The position numbers and the translations under genes were made by a program. A stretch of 64,000 nt of DNA. Origin: Mobula hypostoma (Eukaryota). Shown one piece after another: positions 26,314-36,748 of this stretch. The DNA lies in the NCBI RefSeq assembly GCF_963921235.1, contig NC_086097.1, positions 1,674,001 to 1,738,000 on the forward strand. Reading direction: 5' to 3'. Position 1 is the first letter of the stretch. Each line of letters starts with the position of its first letter. The notes beneath the pieces are model-generated. The model did no database searches. It saw only the letters and a list, made by a program, of their open reading frames with translations, and was not told where the DNA came from.

Positions 26314-29300
26314 CTGTGGGTGGAAGTTAGGAATAGGAAGAGGTCAATAACTCTACTGGATGTTTTTTATAGACCACCCAATAGTTACAGGGACATCGAG
26401 GAGCAGACAGGGAGACAGATTCTGGAAAGTAGTAATAATAACAGGGTTGGTGTGGTGGGAGATTTTAATTTCCCAAATATTTATTGGCATCTCCCTAGAG
26501 TGAGGGGTTTAGATGGGGCGCAGTTTGTTAGGTGTGTTCAGGAAGGTCTCTTGACACAATATGTAGATAAGCCTACAAGAGGAGAGGTTGTACTTGATCT
26601 GGTATTGGGAAATGAACCTGGTCAAATGTCGGGTCTCTCAGGCTACATCCACACTAGACCGGATAAATTTGTAACTGAAGCTTTTTCTCTTCGTTTTGAC
26701 CCTCTGTCCACACTGAAATGGCGTTTTCCTCCCCTGAAAATGGAGCTTTTCTAAAACGCCCTCCGGAGTGTGTAAATTTGAAAATGCCGATTGTGCAGAG
26801 CAGTGTGGACGGGGTAACCAGAGATTTCTAAAAATGCTGTCATGACGTGCTGGAACAGATGGTGGCGGCAGCGCGGCATTTCATAGTTTTCTTAAACGCA
26901 AGTCCCCACACAACCTAACGATTTCAGAACAGACGGCAACTATACCGAAGCCAAAAGAGTTAGAAATGTACTTACCAAATACTTTGACCCATAACTTACT
27001 GAATAAATAAGTATACTCACTTTGCCCTGTTTTCTGTCCTTGCTTGTATGAAGGTGGTTTACCTATTTATGCAAGTACTTCTCTGACAATAGATGCGTAA
27101 CAGCCTAATGTAACATTGTATGGAAATACAAGATAACACTGATGCAGACATGTTTTATACATTTAACGAGGTGCTTTATTAATGCAACAGAGTTAATCAG
27201 TTTTTCAATGTTCGTTGTCAGCCGGGTCATACTGTCTGTGAACTCCCTGTCGGTTGCCTCCATACTTGTTTGTTTGTTTGCCTCCATATTTGTTGTTTTT
27301 AATTTTAAGTCCTCCTGTGCGAGAACCAACAGCTGTCCCTCGTTTGGCAATTTCCTTTTAAGTTTTTCTAGTCTGTAACTGCACAAACGTGCACTTCCAC
27401 AGCAAGATTCGACACCAAACATGTCGCTTGTTTTCTGTAGATGTGTCCTGCCCATGCCCAGTAGGAGGAGATTCACCCAAGTACCCGTTTTAATGTGGAC
27501 GGAGGTATTTTCAAAAACGCTTGGTGTGGATGCCTATTGTTTTCACATGAAACCGGCGTTTTCAAAATTATCCGGTCTAGTGTGGACGTAGCCTCAGTGG
27601 GAGAGCATTTCGGAGATAGCGATCACAATTCTATCTCCTTTACCATAGCATTGGAGAGGGATAGGAACAGGCAAGTTTGGGAAATGTTTAATTGGAGTAA
27701 GGGGAATTATGAGGCTATCAGGCAGGAACTTGGAAGCATAAATTGGAAACAGATGTTCTCAGGGAAATGTACAGCAGAAATGTGGCAAATGTTCAGGGGA
27801 TATCTGTGTGGGGTTCTGAGTAGGTACATTCCAATCAGACAGGGAAAGGATGGTAGGGTACAAGATCTGTGGTGCACAAAGGCAGTTGTAAATCTTGTCA
27901 AGAAGAAAAGAAGAGCTTATGAAAGGTTCAAAAAACTAGGTAATGATAGGAATCTAGAAGACTATAAGGCTAGCAGGAAGGAGCTTGGGAATTAAATTAG
28001 GAGAGCCAGAAGGGGCCATGAGAAGGCCTTGGCGAGCAGGATTAAGGAAAACCCCAAGGCATTCTACAAGTATGTGAAGAGCAAGAGGATAAGACGTGAG
28101 AGAATAGAACCAATCAAGTGTGACAATGGAAAAGTGTGTATGGAACCAGAGAAAATAATGGAGGTACTTAATGAATACTTTGCTTCAGTATTCACTACAG
28201 AAAAGGATCTTGGCGATAGTACAGATGACTTACAGTGGACTGAAAAGCTTGAGAATGTAGATATTAAGAAAGAGGATGTGCTGGAGCTTTTGGAAAGCAT
28301 CAAGTTGGATAAGTCACCGGGACAGGATGGGAAGTACCCCAAGCTACTGTGGGAAGCGAGGGAGGAGATTGCTGAGCCTCTGGCATTGATTTTTGCATCA
28401 TCAATGAGGATGGGAGAGGTTCTAGAGGATTGAAGAGTTGTGGATGTTGTTCCCTTACTCAAGAAAGGGAGTAGAGATAGTCCAGGAAATTATAGGCAGT
28501 GAGTCTTACTTCAGTGGCTGGTAAGGTGATGGAGAAGATCCTGAGAGGCAGGATTTATGAACATTTGAAGAGGCATAATATGATTAGAAATAGTCAGCAT
28601 GGCTTTGTCAAAGGCAGGTCGTGCCTTACGAGCCTGATTGAATTTTTTTGAGGATGTGACTAAACGCATTGATGAAGGTAGAGAAGTTGATGTAGTGTAT
28701 ATGGATTTCAGCACGGCATTTGATAAGGTACCCCATGCAAGGCTTATTGAGAAAGTAAGGAGGCATGGGATCCAAGGAGACATTGTTTTGTGGATCCAGA
28801 ACTGGCTTGCCCACAGAAGGCAAAGAGTGGTTGTACACGGGTCATATTCTGCATGGAGGTGGGTGACCAGTGGTGTGCCTCAGGGATCTGTTCTGGGACC
28901 CTTACCCTTTGTGAATTTTATAAATGACCTGAATGAGGAAGTGGAGGGTTGGGTTAGTGAATTTGCTGATGACACAAAGGTTGGTTGTGTTGTGGATAGT
29001 GTGGAGAGCTGTCAAAGGTTACAATGGGACATTGATAGGATACAAAACTGGGCTGAGAAGTGGCAGCTGGAGTTCAACCCAGATAAGTGTGAGGTGGTTC
29101 ATTTTGGTAGGTCAAATATGATGGCAGAATATAGTATTAATGATAAGACTCTTGGCAGTATGGAGGATCAGAGGGATCTTGGGGTCCAAGTCCATTGGAC
29201 ACTCAAAGCTGCTACGCAGGTTGACTGTGTGGTTGAGAAGGCATACAGTACATTGGCCTTCATCAAATGGGGGATTGCGTTTAGGAGCCGAGAGGTAATG

Positions 29301-29874
29301 TTACAGCTATAGAGGACCCTGGTCAGACCCACTTGGAGCTCTGTGCTCAGTTCTGGTCACCTCACTATAGGAAGGATGTGGAAACCATAGAAAGGATGCA
29401 GAGGAGATTTACAAGGATGTTGCCTGGATTGGGGAGCATGCCTTATGGGAATAGTTTGAGTGAACTCGGCCTTTTCTCCTTGGAGCGATGGAGGATGAGA
29501 GGTGACCTGATAGAGGTGTATAAGATGATGAGAGGCATTGACCATGTGGATAGTCAGAGGCTTTTTCCCTGGGCTGATTTGGCTAGCACAAGAGGACATA
29601 GTTTTAAGATGCTTGGAAGTAGGTACAGAGGAGATGTCAGGAGTAAGTTTTTGTACACAGAGTCATGAGTGAGTGGAATGGGCTGCTGGTGACGGTGGTG
29701 GAGGCAGATACGATAGGGTCTTTCAAAAGACTCCTGGATGGCTACATGGAGCTTAGAAAAACAGAGAGCTATGGGTAAAGCCTAGGTAGTTCTAAGGTAG
29801 GGACACGTTCGGTACAGCTTTGTGGGCCGAAGGGCCTGTATTGTGCTGTATGTTTTCTATGTTTCTATGTTTCT
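26314..29874 (+). mobile_element. CR1 LINE, 5'-truncated within the endonuclease, interrupted by a Harbinger element
   Basis: [51 protein letters not shown]; (TTTCTATG)n tail. Confidence 0.92.
26641..27593. mobile_element. Non-autonomous PIF/Harbinger-type DNA transposon (953 bp)
   Basis: Terminal inverted repeats of ~31 bp, GGCTAC(A/G)TCCACACTAGACCGGATAA(A/T)TTTG, at both ends; 3-bp TSD TCA (26638-26640, 27594-27596); the host CR1 frame rejoins exactly on removal. Confidence 0.9.
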
Positions 29875-30490
29875 AAGAATAATGGGAACTGCCTTAACGT
29901 CTATCGCCCGGTAGCACTCACATCTATAGTGATAAAATGCTTTGAGAAGTTGGTCATGACGAGACTGAACTCCTACCTCAGCAAGGACCTGGACCCTCTG
30001 CAATTTTCCTATCACTACAATAGGTCATCGGCAGATGCAATCTCCTTGGCTGTTCACATGGCCTTAGACCACCTGGACAATTGATGTGGATAGAGAATTG
30101 GTTGGCAGACAGGAAGCAAAGAGTGGGAATAAATGGGACCTTTTCAGAATGGCAGGCAGTGACTAGTGGGGTACCGCAAGGCTCAGTGCTGGGACCCCAG
30201 TTGTTTACAATATATATTAATGACTTAGACGAGGGAATTAAATGCAGCATCTCCAAGTTTGCGGATGACATGAAGCTGGGCGGCAGTGTTAGCTATGAGG
30301 AGGATGCAGGGTGACTTGGATAGGTTAGGTGAGTGGGCAAATTCATGGCAGATGCAATTTAATGTGGATAAATGTGAGGTTATCCACTTTGGTGGCAAGA
30401 ACAGGAAAACAGATTATTATCTGAATGGTAACATACATCAAAGTTGCTGGTGAACGCAGCAGGCCAGGCAGCATCTCTAGGAAGAGGTAC

Positions 30491-30526
30491 AGTCGACATT
30501 TCAGGCCGAGACCCTTCGTCAGGACT
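30491..30526 (-). ncRNA. Minimal type I hammerhead ribozyme, left Penelope arm (stem III variant)
   Basis: AGTC-CTGACGA-AGGGTCTCGGCCT-GAAA-TGTC-GACT on the minus strand. Confidence 0.7.
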
Positions 30527-30821
30527 AACTGAAGGAAGAGTGAGTAAGGGATTTGAAAGTTGGAGGGGGAGGGGGAGATCCAAAATGATAGGAGAAGACA
30601 GGAGGGGGAGGGATAGAGCCGAGAGCTGGACAGGTGATAGGCAAAAGGGGATACGAGAGGATCATGGGACAGGAGGTCCGGGAAGAAAGACAAGGGGGGG
30701 GGTGACCCAGAGGATGGGCAAGAGGTATATTCAGAGGGACAGAGGGAGAAAAAGGAGAGTGAGAGAAAGAATGTGTGCATAAAAATGAGTAACAGATGGG
30801 GTACGAGGGGGAGGTGGGGCC

Positions 30822-31946
30822 TTAGCGGAAATTAGAGAAGTCGATGTTCATGCCATCAGGTTGGAGGCTACCCAGACGGAATATAAGGTGTTGTTCCTCC
30901 AACCTGAGTGTGGCCTCATCTCCACAGTAGAGGAGGCCGTGGACAGACATGTCAGAATGGGAATGGGATGTGGAATTAAAATGTGTGGCCACTGGGAGAT
31001 CCTGCTTTCTCTGGCGGACAGAGCATAGATGTTCAGCAAAGCGGTCTCCCAGTCTGCCTCGGGTCTCACCAATATATAAAAGGCCACATCGGGAGCACCG
31101 GACGCAGTATATCACCCCAGTCGACTCACAGGCGAAGTGATGCCTCACCTGGAAGGACTGTTTGGGGCCCTGAATGGTGGTAAGGGAGGAAGTGTAAGGG
31201 CATGTGTAGCACTTGTTCCGCTTACACGGATAAGTGCCAGGAGGGAGATCAGTGGGGAGGGATGGGGGGGACGAATGGACAAGGGAGTTGTGTAGGGAGC
31301 GATCCCTGCGGAATGCAGAGAGCGGGGGGGAGGGAAAGATGTGCTTAGTGGTGGGATCCCGTTGGAGGTGGCGGAAGTTACGGAGAATAATATGTTGGAC
31401 CCGGAGGCTGGTGGGGTGGTAGGTGAGGACCAGGGGAACCCTATTCCTAGTGGGGTGGTGGGAGGATGGAGTGAGAGCAGATGTATGTGAAATGGGGGAG
31501 ATACGTTTAAGAGCAGGGTTGATAGTGGAGGAAGGGAAGCCCCTTTCTTTAAAAAAGGAGGACATCTCCCTCGTCCTAGAATGAAAAGCCTCATCCTGAG
31601 AGCAGATGCGGCGGAGACCGAGGAATTGTGAGAAGGGGATGGCGTTTTTGCAAGAGACAGGGTGAGAAGAGGAATAGTCCAGATAGCTGTGAGAGTCAGT
31701 AGGCTTATAGTAGACATCAGTGGATAAGCTGTCTCCAGAGACAGAGACAGAAAGATCTAGAAAGGGGAGGGAGGTGTCGGAAATGGACCAGGTAAACTTG
31801 AGGGCAGGGTGAAAGTTGGAGGCAAAGTTAATAAAGTCAACGAGTTCTGCATGCGTGCAGGAAGCAGCACCAATGCAGTCGTCGATGTAGCGAAGGAAAA
31901 GTGGGGGACAGATACCAGAATAGGCACGGAACATAGATTGTTCCAC
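30822..31946 (-). CDS. Penelope RT C-terminus plus GIY-YIG endonuclease (open but 5'-truncated, 374 aa)
   Basis: FLRYIDDC, LPFLDLSV, YYKPTDSHSYL, CKRNKCYTC, VIYCVRCSRCGLLYIGET, EQHLIFRLGSLQPDGMN; no stop codons. Confidence 0.85.
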   Translation of the reverse strand: MEQSMFRAYSGICPPLFLRYIDDCIGAASCTHAELVDFINFASNFHPALKFTWSISDTSLPFLDLSVSVSGDSLSTDVYYKPTDSHSYLDYSSSHPVSCKNAIPFSQFLGLRRICSQDEAFHSRTREMSSFFKERGFPSSTINPALKRISPISHTSALTPSSHHPTRNRVPLVLTYHPTSLRVQHIILRNFRHLQRDPTTKHIFPSPPLSAFRRDRSLHNSLVHSSPPSLPTDLPPGTYPCKRNKCYTCPYTSSLTTIQGPKQSFQVRHHFACESTGVIYCVRCSRCGLLYIGETRGRLGDRFAEHLCSVRQRKQDLPVATHFNSTSHSHSDMSVHGLLYCGDEATLRLEEQHLIFRLGSLQPDGMNIDFSNFR

Positions 31947-32891
31947 AATTCTCCCACCACCCCACTAGGAATAGGGTTCCCCTGGTCCTCACCTACCACC
32001 CCACCAGCCTCCGGGTCCAACATATTATTCTCCGTAACTTCCGCCACCTCCAACGGGATCCCACCACTAAGCACATCTTTCCCTCCTCCACTCTCTCTGC
32101 ATTCCGCAGGGATCGCTCCCTACACAACTCCCTTGTCCATTCGTCCCCCCCATCCCTCCCCACTGATCTCCCTCCTGGCACTTATCCGTGTAAGCGGAAC
32201 AAGTGCTACACATGCCCTTACACTTCCTCCCTTACCACCATTCAGGGCCCCAAACAGTCCTTCCAGGTGAGGCATCACTTCACCTGTGAGTCGACTGGGG
32301 TGATATACTGCGTCCGGTGCTCCCGATGTGGCCTTTTATATATTGGTGAGACCCGAGGCAGACTGGGAGACTGCTTTGCTGAACATCTACGCTCTGTCCG
32401 CCAGAGAAAGCAGGATCTCCCAGTGGCCACACATTTTAATTCCACATCCCATTCCCATTCTGACATGTCTATCCACGGCCTCCTCTACTGTAAAGATGAA
32501 GCCACACTCAGGTTGGAGGAACAACACCTTATATTCCGTCTGGGTAGCCTCCAACCTGATGGCATGAACATCGACTTCTCTAATTTCCGCTAAGGCCCCA
32601 CCTCCCCCTCGTACCCCATCTGTTACTCATTTTTATGCACACATTCTTTCTCTCACTCTCCTTTTTCTCCCTCTGTCCCTCTGAATATACCTCTTGCCCA
32701 TCCTCTGGGTCACCCCCCCCCACCCCGCCTTTCTTCCCAGACCTCCTGTCCCATGATCCTCTCGTATCCCCTTTTGCCTATCACCTGTCCAGCTCTTGGC
32801 TCTATCCCTCCCCCTCCTGTCTTCTCCTATCATTTTGGATCTCCCCCTCCCCCTCCAACTTTCAAATCCCTTACTCACTCTTCCTTCAGTT

Positions 32892-32927
32892 AGTCCTGAC
32901 GAAGGGTCTCGGCCTGAAACGTCGACT
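32892..32927 (+). ncRNA. Minimal type I hammerhead ribozyme, right Penelope arm
   Basis: Stem I AGTC/GACT, core CTGACGA (32896-32902), stem II AGG..CCT, GAAA (32916-32919), palindromic ACGT stem III, GTC cleavage triplet (32921-32923). Confidence 0.8.
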
Positions 32928-35024
32928 GTACCTCTTCCTAGAGATGCTGCCTGGCCTGCTGCGTTCACCAGCAACTTTGATGTATGTTGCTTGAATTTCC
33001 AGCATCTGCAGAATTCCTGTTGTTTGCGTTAAATTATCTGAATGGTGGCTGATTAGGAAAAGGGGAGGTGCAACGAGACCTGGGTGTCATTGTACACCAG
33101 TCATTGAAAGTGGGCATGCAGGTACAACAGGCTGTGAAAAAGGCGAATGGTATGCTGGCATTCATAGCAAGAGAATTCGAGTACAGGAGCAGGGAGGTAC
33201 TACTGCAGTTGTACAAGGCCTTGGTGAGACCACACCTGGAGTATTGTGTGCAGTTTTGGTCCCCTAATCTGAGGAAAGACATTCTTCCCATAGAGAGAGT
33301 ACAAAGAAGGTTCACCAGATTGATTTCTGGGATGGCAGGACTTTCATATGAAGAAAGACTGGATTGACTAGGCTTATACTCTCTGGAATTTAGAAGATTG
33401 AGGGGGGGGATCTTATTGAAACATATAAAATTCTAAAGGGATTGGACAGGCTAGATGCAGGAAGATTGTTCCCGATGTTGGGGAAGTCCAGAACGAGGGG
33501 TCACAGTTTAAGGATAAAGGGGAAGCCTTTTAGGACCGAGATGAGGAAAAACTTCTTCACACAGAGAGTGGTGAATCTGTGGAGTTCTCTGCCACAGGAA
33601 ACAGTTGAGTCCAGTTCATTGGCTATATTTAAGAGGGAGTTAGATATGGCCCTTGTGGCTAAAGGGATCGGGGGTATGGAGGCAAGGCTGGTACAGGGTT
33701 CTGAGTTAGATGATCAGCCATGATTGTACTGAATGGCGGTGCAGGCTTGAAGGGCCAAATGGCCTACTCCTGCACCTATTTTCTATGTTTCTATGACAAT
33801 ATAAACACCTATGTCAGGATGCTGTTCATCGACTATAGCTCAGCCTTTAACACCATCATTCCCACAATCGTGACTGAGAAGTTACGGAACCTAGGCCTCT
33901 GTTCCTCCCTCTAGAATTGGATCATTGACTTCCTAACTGGATGACCACAGCCTATGTGGATTGGTGATAATATCTCCTCTTTGCTGACGATCAACACTGC
34001 TGCACCTAGGGGTGTGTGCTTAGCACACTGCTCTACTCTCTATATACACATGACTGTGTGGCTAGGCATAGCTCAAATACCATCTATAAATTTGCTGATG
34101 ATACAACCATTGTTAGTAGAATCTCAGGTGGTGATGAGAGGACGTACAGGAGTGAGATATGCCAACTAGTGGAGTGGTGTCACAGCAACAACCTGGCACT
34201 CAACGTCAGTAAGACGAAAGAGCTGATTGTGGGCTTCAGGAAGGGTAAGATGAAGGAACACATACCAATCCTCACAGAGTGATCAGAAGTGGAGAGAGTG
34301 AGCAGTTTCAAGTTTCTGGGTGTCAAGATCTCTGAGGATCTAACCTGGTCCCAACATATTGATGTAGTCATAAAGAAGGCAAGACAGTGGCTATACTTCA
34401 CTTCATTAGGAGTTTGAAGAGATTTAGCATGTCAACAAAAAACACTCAAAAACTTCTATACATGTACTGCGGAGAGCATCCTGACAGGCTGAATCACTGT
34501 CTGGTATGGAGGAGCTACTGCACAGAACCGAAAGAAGCTGCAGGAGGTTGTAAATCTAGTCAGCTCCATCTTGGGTACTAGCCCACAAAGTACCCAGGAC
34601 ATCTTCAGGGAGCGGTGTCTCAGAAAGGCAGCGTCCATTATTAAGGACCTCCAGCACCCAGGGCATGCCCTTTTCTCACTGTTAACATAGGTAGGGGGTA
34701 CAGAAGCCTGAAGGCACACACTCAGCGATTCAGAAACAACTTCTTCCCCTCTGCCATCTGATTCCAAAATGGACATTGAACCCATGAACACTACCTCACT
34801 TTTTTAATATATATTATTTCTGTTTTTGCATGATTTTAATCTATTCAGTATACGTATACTGTAATTTATTTATTTATTTATTATTCTTCTTCTTCCTCTG
34901 CTATATTATGTATTGCATTGAATTGCTGCTGCTAAGTTAACACATTTCACATCACATGCCGGTGATAATGAACCGGACTCTGATTCTGAAATGGCAGAGC
35001 TGTCTCATGGGCCAAATGGCCTAT

Positions 35025-35390
35025 TCCTACTGGTGTATTTTATATTCCTACCGGTGTATTTTATAATCCTACTGGTGTATTTTATAATCCTACTGGTATA
35101 TTTTATATTCCTACTGGTGTATTTTATAATCCTACTGGTGTATTTTATAATCCTACTGGTATATTTTATATTCCTACCAGTGTATTTTATAATCCTACTG
35201 GTGTATTTTATTTTCCTACTGGTGTATATTATATTTCTACCGGTGTATTTTATACTCCTACCGGTATATATTATATTCCTACTGGTATATTTTATATTCC
35301 TACTAGTGTATTTTATATTCCTATTAGTATATTTTATGGCCAATTCCTACCAGTATATTTTATATTCCTAATAGTATATTTTACTCCTAC
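35025..35390. repeat. 21-bp AT-rich minisatellite (CCTACTGGTGTATTTTATATT), ~17 copies
   Basis: Direct periodicity; gives the spurious LLVYFII / IIKYTSR ORFs. Confidence 0.93.
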
Positions 35391-35444
35391 ATGTATGTTT
35401 TATGGTCTTATGGTATCTACCACATTTTGTAGAATTTTCTGGTT

Positions 35445-35705
35445 TTAAGCATTGGTGTTTCCATCCCAGGCCGTGTTGCAACCAGCCAGTGTACTCTTCA
35501 CTGTGCTACTATCGAAGTTTGCCAGTGTACTCTTCACTGTGCTATCGAAGTTTGCCAGTGTACTCTCCACTGTGATGCTATCGAAGTTTTCCAGTTTTAG
35601 ATGGCGTGCAGAATCTGTATGAACTAGGCAGAGGCACTGCTGTGCCTTCTTTGAAATGGCAGTTAGATGCTGTTCCCACAACAGATCGTCTGAAATGAAT
35701 GCACC
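35445..35705 (-). mobile_element. Old Rex1/L2-like fragment with an internal ~33-36 bp triplication (35485-35595)
   Basis: WEQHLTAISKKAQQCL...(STLANFDS)x3...GCNTAWDGN. Confidence 0.6.
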
Positions 35706-36748
35706 AAAATGATAATAAATTTTCTTTGACTTTACAGAAGCTTGCAGATGATAAGTGGTATCATGGACAAGGGAAAAGGTTATCAAATTAAAAAGAGATA
35801 TTGATTGGTTGGGAAAGTGGGCCAAGGAGTGGCAAATGGATTTTAATCCAGATAAGTATGAGGTGAAGACAGTTGAGGCTGGAACTTTGGCCGTGAATGG
35901 CAGGGCCCTGGGAAATCTTATAGAACAGAGAGACCCTGGGGAGCGTACATGGATCCCTGAAAGTGGGTTCAGGGTTTGCAGGTAGACAAGGTAGTGAAGG
36001 CGGCTTTGACCAGGCTGAGTGCAAGTGTCAGGAGGTCACGATGTGATTTTCAGAACGCTGCTGACACCACACATGGAATTGAGTAAAGGTTGCAGGCTTT
36101 TACTCAGGGCTGGGGAATCAAAACTATTGGGCACTGGTTGAAAAAAGATTCGAAAGATCTGAAGGGCAACAATTTCACACAGAGGGTCCTGAATAGTTGG
36201 GAATGAGCTGTCAGAGAGAGTGGCTGAGGTGGGTCCAATAGCAATATGTCTACTTCTCTCACATTTACCAAGGTACAGTGAAAATCTGCGTTCGAACACA
36301 GCATGGAGCACCACAGCACATTAAAGGTCCTTCAGCCTACAATGCTGTTTCAACTTTTGAACCTACCCCAAGAATAATCTCATCCTTCCCTCCCACATAA
36401 CCTTCCACTTTCTATCATCCACGTACCCATCTTACAGGTTTTTGAATGCCTCTACCACCACCCCTGAAAGTGCGTATCACACACCCACTACTCTCCTTGT
36501 AATAAACCTACCTCTGACATCCCCCCTATACTTTCCTCTGATCATCTTAAAATTATGCCCCTTTGTATTAGCCATTTCAGCCCTGGGAAGACACCTCTGG
36601 CTGTCCCTTTGATCTAGGTACACCTCTGTCGTCACCTCTCATTTTCCTTGCCTCCAAAGAGCCAAGCTCACTTAACCTATCCTCATAAAACATGCTCTCT
36701 AATCCAGGCAGATTAGACCATAAAACATAGGAGCAGAATTAGTCCATT

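Larger units (their letters stand above)
30430..33032. mobile_element. Penelope-like retroelement with ~1 kb inverted arms (30430-31464 and 31951-32988)
   Basis: RT motif RYIDDC plus GIY-YIG endonuclease (GVIYCVRC..LYIGET); 14-bp TSD ATTATCTGAATGGT at 30416-30429 and 33033-33046. Confidence 0.93.
30082..33794 (+). mobile_element. CR1 LINE 3' part, interrupted by Penelope
   Basis: [50 protein letters not shown] at 30076-30081 and 33795-33800. Confidence 0.9.
12943..34989 (+). mobile_element. Rex1/Babar LINE split into five pieces (~12943-13178, 19545-20850, 26151-26313, ~29873-30081, 33795-34989)
   Basis: The peptide runs collinearly across the insertions: RRKRGCRSGIQVRL..NKIDDLRARV (APE endonuclease); ..[38 protein letters not shown]|..[24 protein letters not shown]. 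Ends in a (TTCTGA)n-like tail. Confidence 0.85.

Noticed and set aside
30822..32593. Homing endonuclease or bacterial retron-like RT-nuclease system
   Set aside because: RT plus C-terminal GIY-YIG with a Cys-rich linker and a hammerhead is the standard Penelope architecture.
34991..35371. Hydrophobic LLVYFII repeat membrane protein
   Set aside because: Translation of the 21-bp minisatellite.
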